Virus record (IMG/VR): IMGVR_UViG_3300045110_000102
Coordinates: 1-64,000 of that record
Origin: a virus
DNA: 64,000 bases
Strand: one strand, 5' to 3'
The notes under the pieces are model-generated. The model was not told where the DNA came from, made no database searches, and saw only the letters and a program-made list of their open reading frames with translations. Below are positions 48,294-56,680 of this stretch, in pieces (positions within the stretch are counted from its first letter, which is position 1; the number at the start of each line of letters is the position of its first letter). The position numbers and the translations under genes are program-made.

Positions 48294-48736
48294 ATTGGAC
48301 CGATGCCGCCGATGCGATGCTGGTCAAGCTGTGGGATAGCGGAGCCTCGCTCGGCTACGTGGCGGATGGATTGTGCCTCGCTGGCTACGTGGTGAGCCGC
48401 AACTCTGTCGCCGGTCGTAAGCACCGATTGACACAGAAGGGCGTGGTCTTCCGGCGCGTCGGTCCACCGATCAGGAGCAAGCCACTACGACAGCCTATCA
48501 ACCAGCAACGGAGCAAACGAATGAACACCAAAGCAACTGACACTCCTGTCGAGCCGTTTGATCACAGTACTCACGAGGGCATCGAGTATCTGGAGAACAT
48601 TGATGGATGCAAGGCCATCCTCGGCAAGCGCGGCGGGGCGTGGATGTTGCCGATGGTGTGCGGACGACGGAGGACAAGCGGAGAGCCGTACTGCAACGAG
48701 CACCTGATGATCTACACCAACCAGCAAAGGAAATGA
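48290..48736 (+). CDS. gcrA: GcrA-like cell-cycle transcription regulator
   Basis: NWTD...LVKLWDSGAS...VSRNSVAGRKHRL and C-terminal CK.ILG...CG...GEPYCNEH. Confidence 0.85.
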   Translation: MNWTDAADAMLVKLWDSGASLGYVADGLCLAGYVVSRNSVAGRKHRLTQKGVVFRRVGPPIRSKPLRQPINQQRSKRMNTKATDTPVEPFDHSTHEGIEYLENIDGCKAILGKRGGAWMLPMVCGRRRTSGEPYCNEHLMIYTNQQRK

Positions 48737-48737
48737 C

Positions 48738-49196
48738 ATGGCCAAAGCAGCGAAGACCACTGAAGTCGAGATCACCGAGAAGATGGTGAACAAGTTCGTC
48801 GGCGACATTCTCGAACGACAGGAGCGAATTGAATCCGCGCGCGGCACGTACATGAATGCCGCGCGTCGTGAGCGTGAGGCGATGACGACGATCTACGAAG
48901 GCCTCGCTGCGCGTGGCGTATCGCAGAAGTCGGCGAAGACCGAGATCAAGATCATCAATGCGCTTGAGCGGATCAAGGGCTGGATGTCCGATCTCGAAGT
49001 CGAAGATCGCAAGATGGTGCAGCGGCTCGCGAAGGTGCAGGGCGACAAGAAGCAGTTGCTGTTGTTCGGCGAACTACCAGCCGCACCGAAGCCCGAGAAG
49101 AAGAGCAAGGAGAAGAAGCCAGCCGAGCCGGTGCAGACCGATCTCGTTGAAGCAACCGCCGCCGCTGGCGCTCCATCACTGTCGCTGGTGTCGTGA
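48738..49196 (+). CDS. Putative GapR/DUF2312-like DNA-binding protein
   Basis: FVGDILERQERI...TIYEGLAARGVSQK..K..IKI resembles the GapR helix pattern (weak). Confidence 0.45.
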   Translation: MAKAAKTTEVEITEKMVNKFVGDILERQERIESARGTYMNAARREREAMTTIYEGLAARGVSQKSAKTEIKIINALERIKGWMSDLEVEDRKMVQRLAKVQGDKKQLLLFGELPAAPKPEKKSKEKKPAEPVQTDLVEATAAAGAPSLSLVS

Positions 49197-49202
49197 GGGT
49201 CG

Positions 49203-49790
49203 ATGCTGGGTAAGGAAGCAAACGCTGGAAGAGCACCGATGCGCGACCGACCGGGGGACCGTTACGACACGGCACCTCCGGCGGTTCACGCGCTGATGTC
49301 TGTCGAGAAGCTACCGCACTACATCTGGGAGCCAGCCGCTGGCAAAGGCAACATCGTCAAGGTGCTCCGCGCCGCCGGGCACCACGTGATCGCCACCGAC
49401 ATCAGGAAGCGCGGCTGTCCGGATGCGACGCTGACCAACTTCCTTGATCCGCAAGAGACCTATCTTGCCGACTGCATCCTGACCAATCCTCCGTACTCAT
49501 ACGCGACGGAGTTCATCAGCCGGTCGCTGGGGCTCGCGCCGCTGGTGATCATGCTGCTGCGTCTCAACTACCTCGAAGGCGGGACGCCGAAGACCGCAGC
49601 CGGGCGCGAGCGTGCGCGGGTGCTCGACAGACTCTCACGTGTGCACGTGTTCTCCAATCGCCTGCCGATGATGCATCGCGCTGGCTGGAAGGGGCCGCGC
49701 GCATCGAGCGCCATCGCGTTTGCTTGGTACGTGTGGGATCGCGATCACGTGGGACCGACAACAATCGACCGCATCAGATGGGAGCAGTGA
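49203..49790 (+). CDS. Putative DNA amino-methyltransferase
   Basis: YDTAP, IWEPAAGKG (SAM binding), ILTNPPY, FAWYVW. Confidence 0.8.
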   Translation: MLGKEANAGRAPMRDRPGDRYDTAPPAVHALMSVEKLPHYIWEPAAGKGNIVKVLRAAGHHVIATDIRKRGCPDATLTNFLDPQETYLADCILTNPPYSYATEFISRSLGLAPLVIMLLRLNYLEGGTPKTAAGRERARVLDRLSRVHVFSNRLPMMHRAGWKGPRASSAIAFAWYVWDRDHVGPTTIDRIRWEQ

Positions 49791-49791
49791 C

Positions 49792-50826
49792 GTGGCAGTG
49801 GTGTGGACTGATCCGAGGAAGGCAGCGAAGGCTGCGGAGAAAAAGTACGACGCGTTGAATCACCTGCTGTTTCAGTTCGGCGTGAACAATCTCACTGCCG
49901 ATCAATTCTGGGGACAGATGAACCAGAACGGCTGGGGGCAATCAGACATCGACGCATGGTGCGCCGATTATTACCAGAGGAGCGCAGAGGAAGATGCAAA
50001 GCAAGAAGCCAAACGAGAAGAAGGGCGGCATGGGTCCGCGCGAACAACAGCTTCGCGATATGCGCGAGGCGCGAGCGGACAAGGCGGCGCGAGCGGGTCG
50101 CGAGATGAGAACGGCGCAGGCCAAGAAGTTGATCGACCAAACTATCACCAAGCCGAACAAGCCCGCGCGCAAGCCCGCCAAGCAGCGAAGGGCCTCGGGC
50201 AGGGGGAGGTGATCCATCTACGCGAGGAGCGCAAGCAGCGCGCGATTGTCGTTGGGCAGGCGCGCTACGACTTCGCTCAGCGCAACGGCTACCTCAACTC
50301 CGGCGCGATGCTGGAAGCTCTCCCGCAGTTCAGCATCGACGGCGCGGTCGGCGAGTGCGGCATCGGCGACCGCCTCGGTCTGGAGTGGCACGAGAACATC
50401 GGCAAGATCGACGGCATCGATGTCGGCACGATAATCGAGGTGCGCTCGCGACCGCCCGGCAAGGAGCTTGGCATCCGAGACAGTGACCGGCGCTTCCTGC
50501 CGCACGTGTTCGTGTGGGTCTACAAAGACTACAGCGTGCGGATACTCGGCTGGCTCTATGGCTTCGAAGGCATGCACGAGAAGGACAGCGAGCTTCACCG
50601 GCAGCGATGGAATGAGAATTCTTACTGTTGGTACAACCCACCGCCGTATCGCTCATTCGAATCTCTGGAGCGCATCATTGCAGACGAGACCAAGGTCGCG
50701 CGCATCTTGGCGAAGCACATCGAGGATGAACCGCGCCGCGAGGAGAAGCGGAGGATTGAACGAGCGAGGCAGCGAGAGAGAGCGGCGGCAGCAGCGGCGG
50801 CTGCTGAAGAACAAGGCGGGGCGTGA
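49792..50826 (+). CDS. Hypothetical protein (possibly two genes read through; internal GTG start at 50209)
   Basis: Open frame; C-terminal half has GAVGECG...DGIDVG..IEVRSR, resembling a PD-(D/E)XK nuclease. Confidence 0.55.
   Translation: MAVVWTDPRKAAKAAEKKYDALNHLLFQFGVNNLTADQFWGQMNQNGWGQSDIDAWCADYYQRSAEEDAKQEAKREEGRHGSARTTASRYARGASGQGGASGSRDENGAGQEVDRPNYHQAEQARAQARQAAKGLGQGEVIHLREERKQRAIVVGQARYDFAQRNGYLNSGAMLEALPQFSIDGAVGECGIGDRLGLEWHENIGKIDGIDVGTIIEVRSRPPGKELGIRDSDRRFLPHVFVWVYKDYSVRILGWLYGFEGMHEKDSELHRQRWNENSYCWYNPPPYRSFESLERIIADETKVARILAKHIEDEPRREEKRRIERARQRERAAAAAAAAEEQGGA
49994..50212 (+). CDS. Small basic protein nested in another frame
   Basis: GAGGAAG RBS; its stop overlaps GTG 50209. 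Confidence 0.5.
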   Translation: MQSKKPNEKKGGMGPREQQLRDMREARADKAARAGREMRTAQAKKLIDQTITKPNKPARKPAKQRRASGRGR

Positions 50827-50890
50827 TGCATCCCCGAGCGCAGGCGACTGCGCTCCACGATGCACCACCGCATCATCGAGGAGATACTAC

Positions 50891-51550
50891 ATGAGGAAGT
50901 TTCTATTAGCCTGCACTGCGCTGGCCGCGATGTCATTGCCTGCCAGCGCTTCGGTCACGTTCGAGTCCAAGCTCAGCGGTACGGGCGACAACGTGATCTT
51001 CAACTCCTTGAGCGGCGACGTCGCGCTTGGAAGTCTGAACGGTCAGCATCAAGGTCTCGTCGAGTTCAGGGCGCTCGATGTCTCGACATTCAATGCCGCT
51101 GCTAACGGCAACGACATCAAGATCAACGGCACCAACAATCTGCAGATCGAGGTGCATGATCAACTGAACTCGTTCGTCATCGGCACCACCACGCAGGTGT
51201 TCTCGGTGATCGGCACTGGCAACCTGTTCGCGTTCGTGCGTGCTGTTGACGCCAATGGAGTTGAAGAGCCGCTCTTCACCTTCGACCTTGGCGATCTCGG
51301 CAATGGCCACGCTCAGAACGGGTTCACGTTCCACGCCACCGACGGCGAGGTGATGACCCGGCTGACGTTGCTCGTTCAGGATGGCACGCTCACTGAGTTC
51401 GAGCACTACCGCATCGACGTTGGTGTGGTGCCGACGGCTGCAGTGCCTGAAGCATCGACGTGGGCGATGATGATCGCTGGCTTCATCGGCGTTGGTGGTC
51501 TGGCGATGCGCAAGCGTCGTCGCGAAGGTCTCACGTTCCGTCTCGCGTAA
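50891..51550 (+). CDS. PEPxxWA-CTERM (PEP-CTERM) exported protein
   Basis: GAGGAG RBS; signal peptide; VPEASTWAMMIAGF-TM-RKRR. Confidence 0.9.
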   Translation: MRKFLLACTALAAMSLPASASVTFESKLSGTGDNVIFNSLSGDVALGSLNGQHQGLVEFRALDVSTFNAAANGNDIKINGTNNLQIEVHDQLNSFVIGTTTQVFSVIGTGNLFAFVRAVDANGVEEPLFTFDLGDLGNGHAQNGFTFHATDGEVMTRLTLLVQDGTLTEFEHYRIDVGVVPTAAVPEASTWAMMIAGFIGVGGLAMRKRRREGLTFRLA

Positions 51551-51560
51551 ACGAAGCGAT

Positions 51561-51592
51561 AAGGCAGTGCCCGACGTGTCGGGTGCTGCCTT
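51561..51592 (+). terminator. Strong hairpin after the PEP-CTERM gene
   Basis: AAGGCAGTGCCCGAC-GT-GTCGGGTGCTGCCTT. Confidence 0.5.
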
Positions 51593-51617
51593 GCAGCTTT
51601 GAGATAAAGGAGCAAGC

Positions 51618-53165
51618 ATGCTGCAGATTGTTGGATGGCTTCGCCAGAAGATCACCGCAGTCCTGTCCCGATACAAGCGCAAGACGATCCCACCGCCGCC
51701 AGTGCGAGCAACACCGAGGCCGCAACCAGAACCGAATTCAGAAGCCCCTGATGATCGCTTCGGCTACGGTCAGGAAGTGCCGCCCGGGCCGGAGCCTGAG
51801 CCGCCGCGCAAACGCGGACGCCCGGCAGTATCGGAAGAGATCAAGCTGCTTCGGAAGCGGCGTCTCAGTCACGACAAGTTCGTCACGCCACAAGGCGAGC
51901 TACCGCCGCCGGTCACGCGCGAGCCCAAGCCGCGCGTGGAGCGCGTCGAGTTGCCGCCGCTGCCCGAAGCTCCGCCGCCGAGGAAAACCTATGTGCGCGG
52001 CGTGCATCACGAAGACGCCGAGGATGTGCTGTACGACTCGACCGAGTTCTTCGGCATGTTCAACTTCAGAGACACGATCCTGCAGCAACTTGAACGCTAC
52101 TTCGTCTACCTCGCGCGCATGAAGAAGTACGACAAGGATTCCTACGGGCTCTATCGTCAGTACGGCGCAACGCTGCTGCCCTACATCGACACTGGCGCGC
52201 ATGACCGCCAAGGCATGAGCGAGGACGACAAGAAGAATCCACCGGGTCCGCTGCCGCTTATGCCGGAGTGGTTCAACCGCATGCGCCCGACGTTCGGCTG
52301 CTTCGTGTATGGCGCTGATCCCGAGACCGAGAAGTGGGAGCTTGTCAAAGACGCGGAGAAGAAGGGCTTCACGCGGTGGGTGCCGAAGTTCATGTACATC
52401 ACCAAGCACAAGAAGCCGCCGCCGACGCTGCAGATGAAGAGCGGCGGCGACATCTACTCGATGACCGTGTGGTGGGACCGACCGCATGATCCGACCAGCA
52501 AGCGCAAGTACGGCACGCCGACCGAGTTCGGAATGTTCGTCAGCAAGGACGGATCACAACTGATCGCGCTGCGCTCGCTGCGGACTCGCATCGTCAAGAT
52601 ATGGTCGAAGAAGCACAAGCAGAACGTTCGCTTCCCCGAGCGCGTGTGGGAGATACCCGACGAGTTCGAGTCGTGGGCGCGCAACAACGGCGAGGACGCG
52701 CAGCATTTTCTGGCGCGACTCTTCCTCACGTCGGTGGCGCGCATGTCGAACGTGCAGCGCGGCGTCGTGCGTGTCGCCGCCAGCAAGGACAACATGACCG
52801 CAGTGTTCTCGGTCAATCACGAGAAGATGGGATACTTCTTTCAGGATCGCGACATCCACATCGGCGACACCGGCGCGCGCAAGCGCATCTTCCACATGGT
52901 CAAGCCGCACACGCGCAGGGACGGGGCCGAGGTGCCGCTGCACTTCCGTGGCGAGCGCGAGTTCACGTGGGCTGGCTACGACGTGCGCATCACCGTGCCC
53001 GGGTGGGATCACCCGAACTTCGACGAGTTCGACGTCGGCACCATCGATGAGCACTGGCTTGATAAAAAGGAGTTGAAGGGGATGATGAACGAAGAAGAGC
53101 TTGGCCGCAGGCTGGCCGAGCGGATCAAGAAGGCGCAGCACGGGAGACACGATGGTCACCGATGA
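51618..53165 (+). CDS. Hypothetical phage protein (515 aa; C-terminal HMVKPHTR...HFRG motif)
   Basis: AAAGGAG RBS; long ORF with fitting codon usage. Confidence 0.8.
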   Translation: MLQIVGWLRQKITAVLSRYKRKTIPPPPVRATPRPQPEPNSEAPDDRFGYGQEVPPGPEPEPPRKRGRPAVSEEIKLLRKRRLSHDKFVTPQGELPPPVTREPKPRVERVELPPLPEAPPPRKTYVRGVHHEDAEDVLYDSTEFFGMFNFRDTILQQLERYFVYLARMKKYDKDSYGLYRQYGATLLPYIDTGAHDRQGMSEDDKKNPPGPLPLMPEWFNRMRPTFGCFVYGADPETEKWELVKDAEKKGFTRWVPKFMYITKHKKPPPTLQMKSGGDIYSMTVWWDRPHDPTSKRKYGTPTEFGMFVSKDGSQLIALRSLRTRIVKIWSKKHKQNVRFPERVWEIPDEFESWARNNGEDAQHFLARLFLTSVARMSNVQRGVVRVAASKDNMTAVFSVNHEKMGYFFQDRDIHIGDTGARKRIFHMVKPHTRRDGAEVPLHFRGEREFTWAGYDVRITVPGWDHPNFDEFDVGTIDEHWLDKKELKGMMNEEELGRRLAERIKKAQHGRHDGHR

Positions 53166-53694
53166 ACGCTTCACTGGCACCGTGCTCGCACTCGATCTCG
53201 CAACCGTCGCTGGATGGGCGCTCGGCAAGCCGGGCTCGACTCCGAAGTTTGGCACCATGCGGTTCGGCAAGCCCGGCGCATCGCGCGCCTCGATCTATCG
53301 CGTCTTCCGCACGTGGATGGATGGATGGTCTGGCCCGGCGACGACGCCCGACCTGATCGTCTACGAGTTACCGATGCAGCCGCTGCACATGCGAGGCAAG
53401 ACTAGCATCGACACCAGCAAGATGTTGATCGGTCTCGCCGAGCATCTCGAAGAATGGTGCTTCGATGTTGTCGAGCTTCGCGAAGCAACGGTGGGTCAAG
53501 TGCGCTCGCACTTTATTGGGCAGAACCTGAAGTCGGAGTTCGCTAAGCCTGCGACGGTCGAGCGTTGCCAGATGTTGGGATGGAAGGTCAACAACACTGA
53601 CGAAGCTGACGCGTGCGCGCTGTGGGATTACCAGTGCGGATTCCTCCGGCCCGATCTCGCGCACAAGACCACGCCGCTATTCCGGCGCAGGTGA
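53152..53694 (+). CDS. RuvC-like Holliday junction resolvase
   Basis: VLALDLATVAGWA, LIVYE, DEADACAL. Confidence 0.8.
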   Translation: MVTDERFTGTVLALDLATVAGWALGKPGSTPKFGTMRFGKPGASRASIYRVFRTWMDGWSGPATTPDLIVYELPMQPLHMRGKTSIDTSKMLIGLAEHLEEWCFDVVELREATVGQVRSHFIGQNLKSEFAKPATVERCQMLGWKVNNTDEADACALWDYQCGFLRPDLAHKTTPLFRRR

Positions 53695-53733
53695 TTCGCG
53701 GGACGCGCGGGCCTCGCGCGCATCAACGCGCAT

Positions 53734-53790
53734 TCCTACGTGGGGAGTGACTCCTACGTGGGGAGCGGACGCGGCTACGTGGGGAACGTC
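53734..53790. repeat. Three tandem copies of (TC)CTACGTGGGGA
   Basis: Copies at 53734, 53752 and 53775. Confidence 0.85.
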
Positions 53791-53935
53791 ATCAACGAAT
53801 AGCGGTGCGCTCGGGCGAATCACACCGCATCGTGAGTCAACCGAACTGTCCCGAATTGCCCGCTAATCTTTTTATGACCGGGAGGTGAAAAGGATTCGAC
53901 ACGCGCTGGCCGAGCGCGTCAGGGTCGCCACCGAG

Positions 53936-53976
53936 AAAAAAGAAGGGCGTCACCGGTTCACTGCCAGTGACGCCCT
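53936..53976 (-). terminator. Rho-independent terminator on the minus strand
   Basis: AGGGCGTCAC...GTGACGCCCT perfect 10-bp stem, preceded on + by AAAAAAGA. Confidence 0.65.
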
Positions 53977-54334
53977 AATCCGAGACCTTTGTCTGAAGCA
54001 AAGGCTGGATGCATTCGCGCGAATAAATACCATCCGCGCCCTGCCATCAAGCATTTTCCCCAGATGAAGGTTCCTCGGTCGGTCACGTCGGCCAAGAACC
54101 TGTTGCTGTGGGATGACTGCTCGGAGGCTCCCGGTCCCAAACACAGCCCGCCGTGATCGTACTGCCCTGAGCCGTGGGGAACGTCAGCTATTGGGCTGGC
54201 CCTTTGTCCACTTTGGGACGGCTGAACCAAGCGAGGACAACGAGTACTTCGGGACCGACCAGCCGGGACAGACCCTGCTGGTTATCCTTGGAGGAAAGTG
54301 GATAGGAGTGTCTGGAATCTGAAAAGGAGCAACG

Positions 54335-54529
54335 ATGACGAAGCGAATGGACTGGCGCAAGACGCGCAAATTCGAAGCGCGCGAAGAGAAGTATTCACCG
54401 GGCAAGGTGCTCGACAATGGTCGAGTGATCCGCGACGCGCCGCGCGATAAACTCGATGAGCGCGCTCGCTACGTAGAGCGCGCGTGGCTGAAGAAGCAAG
54501 GGCTCGGCCCGAACCTGAAGAAACAATGA
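54335..54529 (+). CDS. Small basic hypothetical protein
   Basis: AAAAGGAG RBS. Confidence 0.7.
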   Translation: MTKRMDWRKTRKFEAREEKYSPGKVLDNGRVIRDAPRDKLDERARYVERAWLKKQGLGPNLKKQ

Positions 54530-54534
54530 GGACT

Positions 54535-54563
54535 TGAAAGATCGGGAGACAAGCGGCTATTGT
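54535..54563 (+). promoter_or_regulatory. Putative sigma70 promoter
   Basis: TTGAAA-N18-TATTGT; the GGCTATTGT -10 region also occurs at 47960. Confidence 0.4.
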
Positions 54564-54590
54564 AAGATCGTCAAAGGAGCAACCACGACG

Positions 54591-54902
54591 ATGATGAAAC
54601 AAATTCCATTGAGGACCTACGACCTACTCGGCGGCATTCACAATCAATCGCCGATGGGATTGACGACAGAGAAGCACTGGTTCGTGCACGATAGCGGACG
54701 CCTCGGCATCGTGCTGCTCGACAACATCGACAAGGACTGGTCGTTCGTTGCGCTGGCGCATGATCCGCGCAAGCCGCACGGCATGTCGTTCCGCTGCTAC
54801 GATGTTGGCGCGAGCTTCAATGCGCCTGACGAAGCGCGCGATGCGCTGGCCATCGCGCTCGATCAAGAACCCGATCCAGTCTTCTTCACGGAGTCGGTGT
54901 GA
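54591..54902 (+). CDS. Hypothetical protein
   Basis: TCAAAGGAG RBS. Confidence 0.7.
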   Translation: MMKQIPLRTYDLLGGIHNQSPMGLTTEKHWFVHDSGRLGIVLLDNIDKDWSFVALAHDPRKPHGMSFRCYDVGASFNAPDEARDALAIALDQEPDPVFFTESV

Positions 54903-55279
54903 TGCAGCACCACAACGAGTTGCTGCTCACGGTGGTGGAGAGGTTATCCGACGCGACCAACCTGCTCCGCATCATTCTTCGTGAACGAGGCGCTACCGGT
55001 GCGATACAAGAGATGCCGGTCGATGAGAGCTTCCTCGACAAGCGTATCGCAGAGATCGACTTCGGCTCGGCGACAACGAAGCTCCACTGGATGTGCTTCA
55101 GCCACTTCGACTGCATCAGCCTGAACGGCGACTATCGCACCACGCCAATCACCACTGTGCGCGATCTAATCTCGCACAGCGAGGATGAGATGCTTCGCGT
55201 CTACAACATCGGACGCATCACAACGAAGCGCATCAAGGCGGTGCTGGCTGCGCACGGCTTCCAACTGAGGGTGCACTGA
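54899..55279 (+). CDS. Protein with an RNA polymerase alpha-CTD-like domain
   Basis: ITTVRDLISHSEDEMLRVYNIGRITTKRIKAVLAAHGFQL matches the alpha-CTD pattern. Confidence 0.75.
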   Translation: MMQHHNELLLTVVERLSDATNLLRIILRERGATGAIQEMPVDESFLDKRIAEIDFGSATTKLHWMCFSHFDCISLNGDYRTTPITTVRDLISHSEDEMLRVYNIGRITTKRIKAVLAAHGFQLRVH

Positions 55280-55443
55280 TGAACATTCCATCCCCGATCA
55301 AGGTCGCACGCAACACGTACCTCGTGCTCGACACGATACTGCTGCTGACGCTGCTCGGCTTCGCGCGCATCCTCAACTGGCTCGGGCTGATCCGTCTCGG
55401 CTGGGTCGTGATCCATTGGTGGCGAGGAGACCTGAAGCGATGA
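55279..55443 (+). CDS. Small hydrophobic protein (54 aa)
   Basis: Translated by hand; TGATG and ATGA coupling at both ends. Confidence 0.55.
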   Translation: MNIPSPIKVARNTYLVLDTILLLTLLGFARILNWLGLIRLGWVVIHWWRGDLKR

Positions 55444-56387
55444 CACGCGACACCATCGAGAAGTCGTTCGGTCGCTGGCGTGAGATACTGCCAGCGCTCG
55501 GCGTGCCATCAGCGATCCTCACCAACAAGCACCAGCCCTGCCCGATCTGCGGCGGCACTGATCGCTTCCGCTTCACCGACCGCACAAGGTCCGGTGATTT
55601 TTTCTGCAGCATGTGCGGCGCTGGCAAGGGCATGCAGTTGCTGATGCGTGTGAAGGGTTGGGACTTCAAGCAGGCAGCGCGCGAGGTCGATGCGATCATC
55701 GGAAACCTGCCGCTGCCGCAGCAAGGGCCGGAGTTCTATGCGAGCAAGGCGGCGAACCCTGCATCACTGCGTCGCCTGTACGGCGAGAGCTTAGCGGTGA
55801 GCGCCGCTGATCCGGTGGCGAAGTATCTGAAGCGTCGCGGCATCACATCGACCAGCAAGGCGCTGCGCTACATCGAGCGCATGAAGCACCAGCCAACGCA
55901 GCGACACTACGCCGGGATGCTCGCGGTGTTCTCCGATGCCGCTGGCAAGGCGGCGACGTTGCACCGAACCTTCCTGACCGAGGACTTCGACAAGCTCTGC
56001 ACGATGTTCATGCCGGGCACGGTGCCGAACGGCGGCGCGATCAGGCTGGCGCGCGAGGCGGAGACGATGGGTATCGCCGAAGGCATCGAGACCGCACTGT
56101 CGGCGAGCGATCTTCACGGCATGCCAGTGTGGGCAACGACGTCGTCGGTGATGCTGGAGAAGTGGCAACCGCCAGCGATAGCTAAGCACGTGGTGATCTT
56201 CGGCGACAATGATCTGAGCTTCACCGGACAGGCGTCGGCGTTCACGCTGGCGAAGCGGCTGACGCTCGAAGCCGAGAAGAATAGGATCGAGCTACGCGTC
56301 TCGGTCGCGATCCCCGCCGTGCCGGGCTTCGATTGGAATGACGTGGTGATGGAAGATGATGCAGCGCTGAAGATGGAGGTCGCGTGA
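55440..56387 (+). CDS. Primase (P4 alpha-like Zn-binding domain + TOPRIM)
   Basis: HQPCPICGGTDRFRF...CSMCG; IAEGIETALS; FGDND. Confidence 0.9.
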   Translation: MTRDTIEKSFGRWREILPALGVPSAILTNKHQPCPICGGTDRFRFTDRTRSGDFFCSMCGAGKGMQLLMRVKGWDFKQAAREVDAIIGNLPLPQQGPEFYASKAANPASLRRLYGESLAVSAADPVAKYLKRRGITSTSKALRYIERMKHQPTQRHYAGMLAVFSDAAGKAATLHRTFLTEDFDKLCTMFMPGTVPNGGAIRLAREAETMGIAEGIETALSASDLHGMPVWATTSSVMLEKWQPPAIAKHVVIFGDNDLSFTGQASAFTLAKRLTLEAEKNRIELRVSVAIPAVPGFDWNDVVMEDDAALKMEVA

Positions 56388-56680
56388 TGAGCAAAGAGCG
56401 AGACATGAATCAACTGCGTGCGGTGTTGGAGGAGTTCGCGCGGCGCGAGCGCGAGCCGGACTATCCCGAGGCGCTGATCAATCTGATCGACGCAATGCGC
56501 GCCTACATCAAGATCGATGTCGCCATCGCTGACGAGCTATTGAGCGAAGGTCAGATCACGCGCACCGAGTACACCAAGGGGATGATCGAGACCAAGCAGT
56601 TGATGATGATCCTGCGCAAGTTCGAAGCGCACGGCATCGACCCATCGCTGCACGGTACGATCAAGGAGCCGCGCCGATGA
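56384..56680 (+). CDS. Hypothetical protein
   Basis: Overlap packing. Confidence 0.65.
   Translation: MMSKERDMNQLRAVLEEFARREREPDYPEALINLIDAMRAYIKIDVAIADELLSEGQITRTEYTKGMIETKQLMMILRKFEAHGIDPSLHGTIKEPRR

Noticed and set aside
53734-53790. Short direct repeats as a mini CRISPR array
   Set aside because: Repeats are only 11-14 bp with spacers of 10 bp or less; no cas genes
53879-53900. GGGAGGTGAAAAGGATTCGAC resembles a tmRNA 5' end
   Set aside because: No complementary acceptor strand, T-arm or CCA end found upstream (permuted form) or downstream
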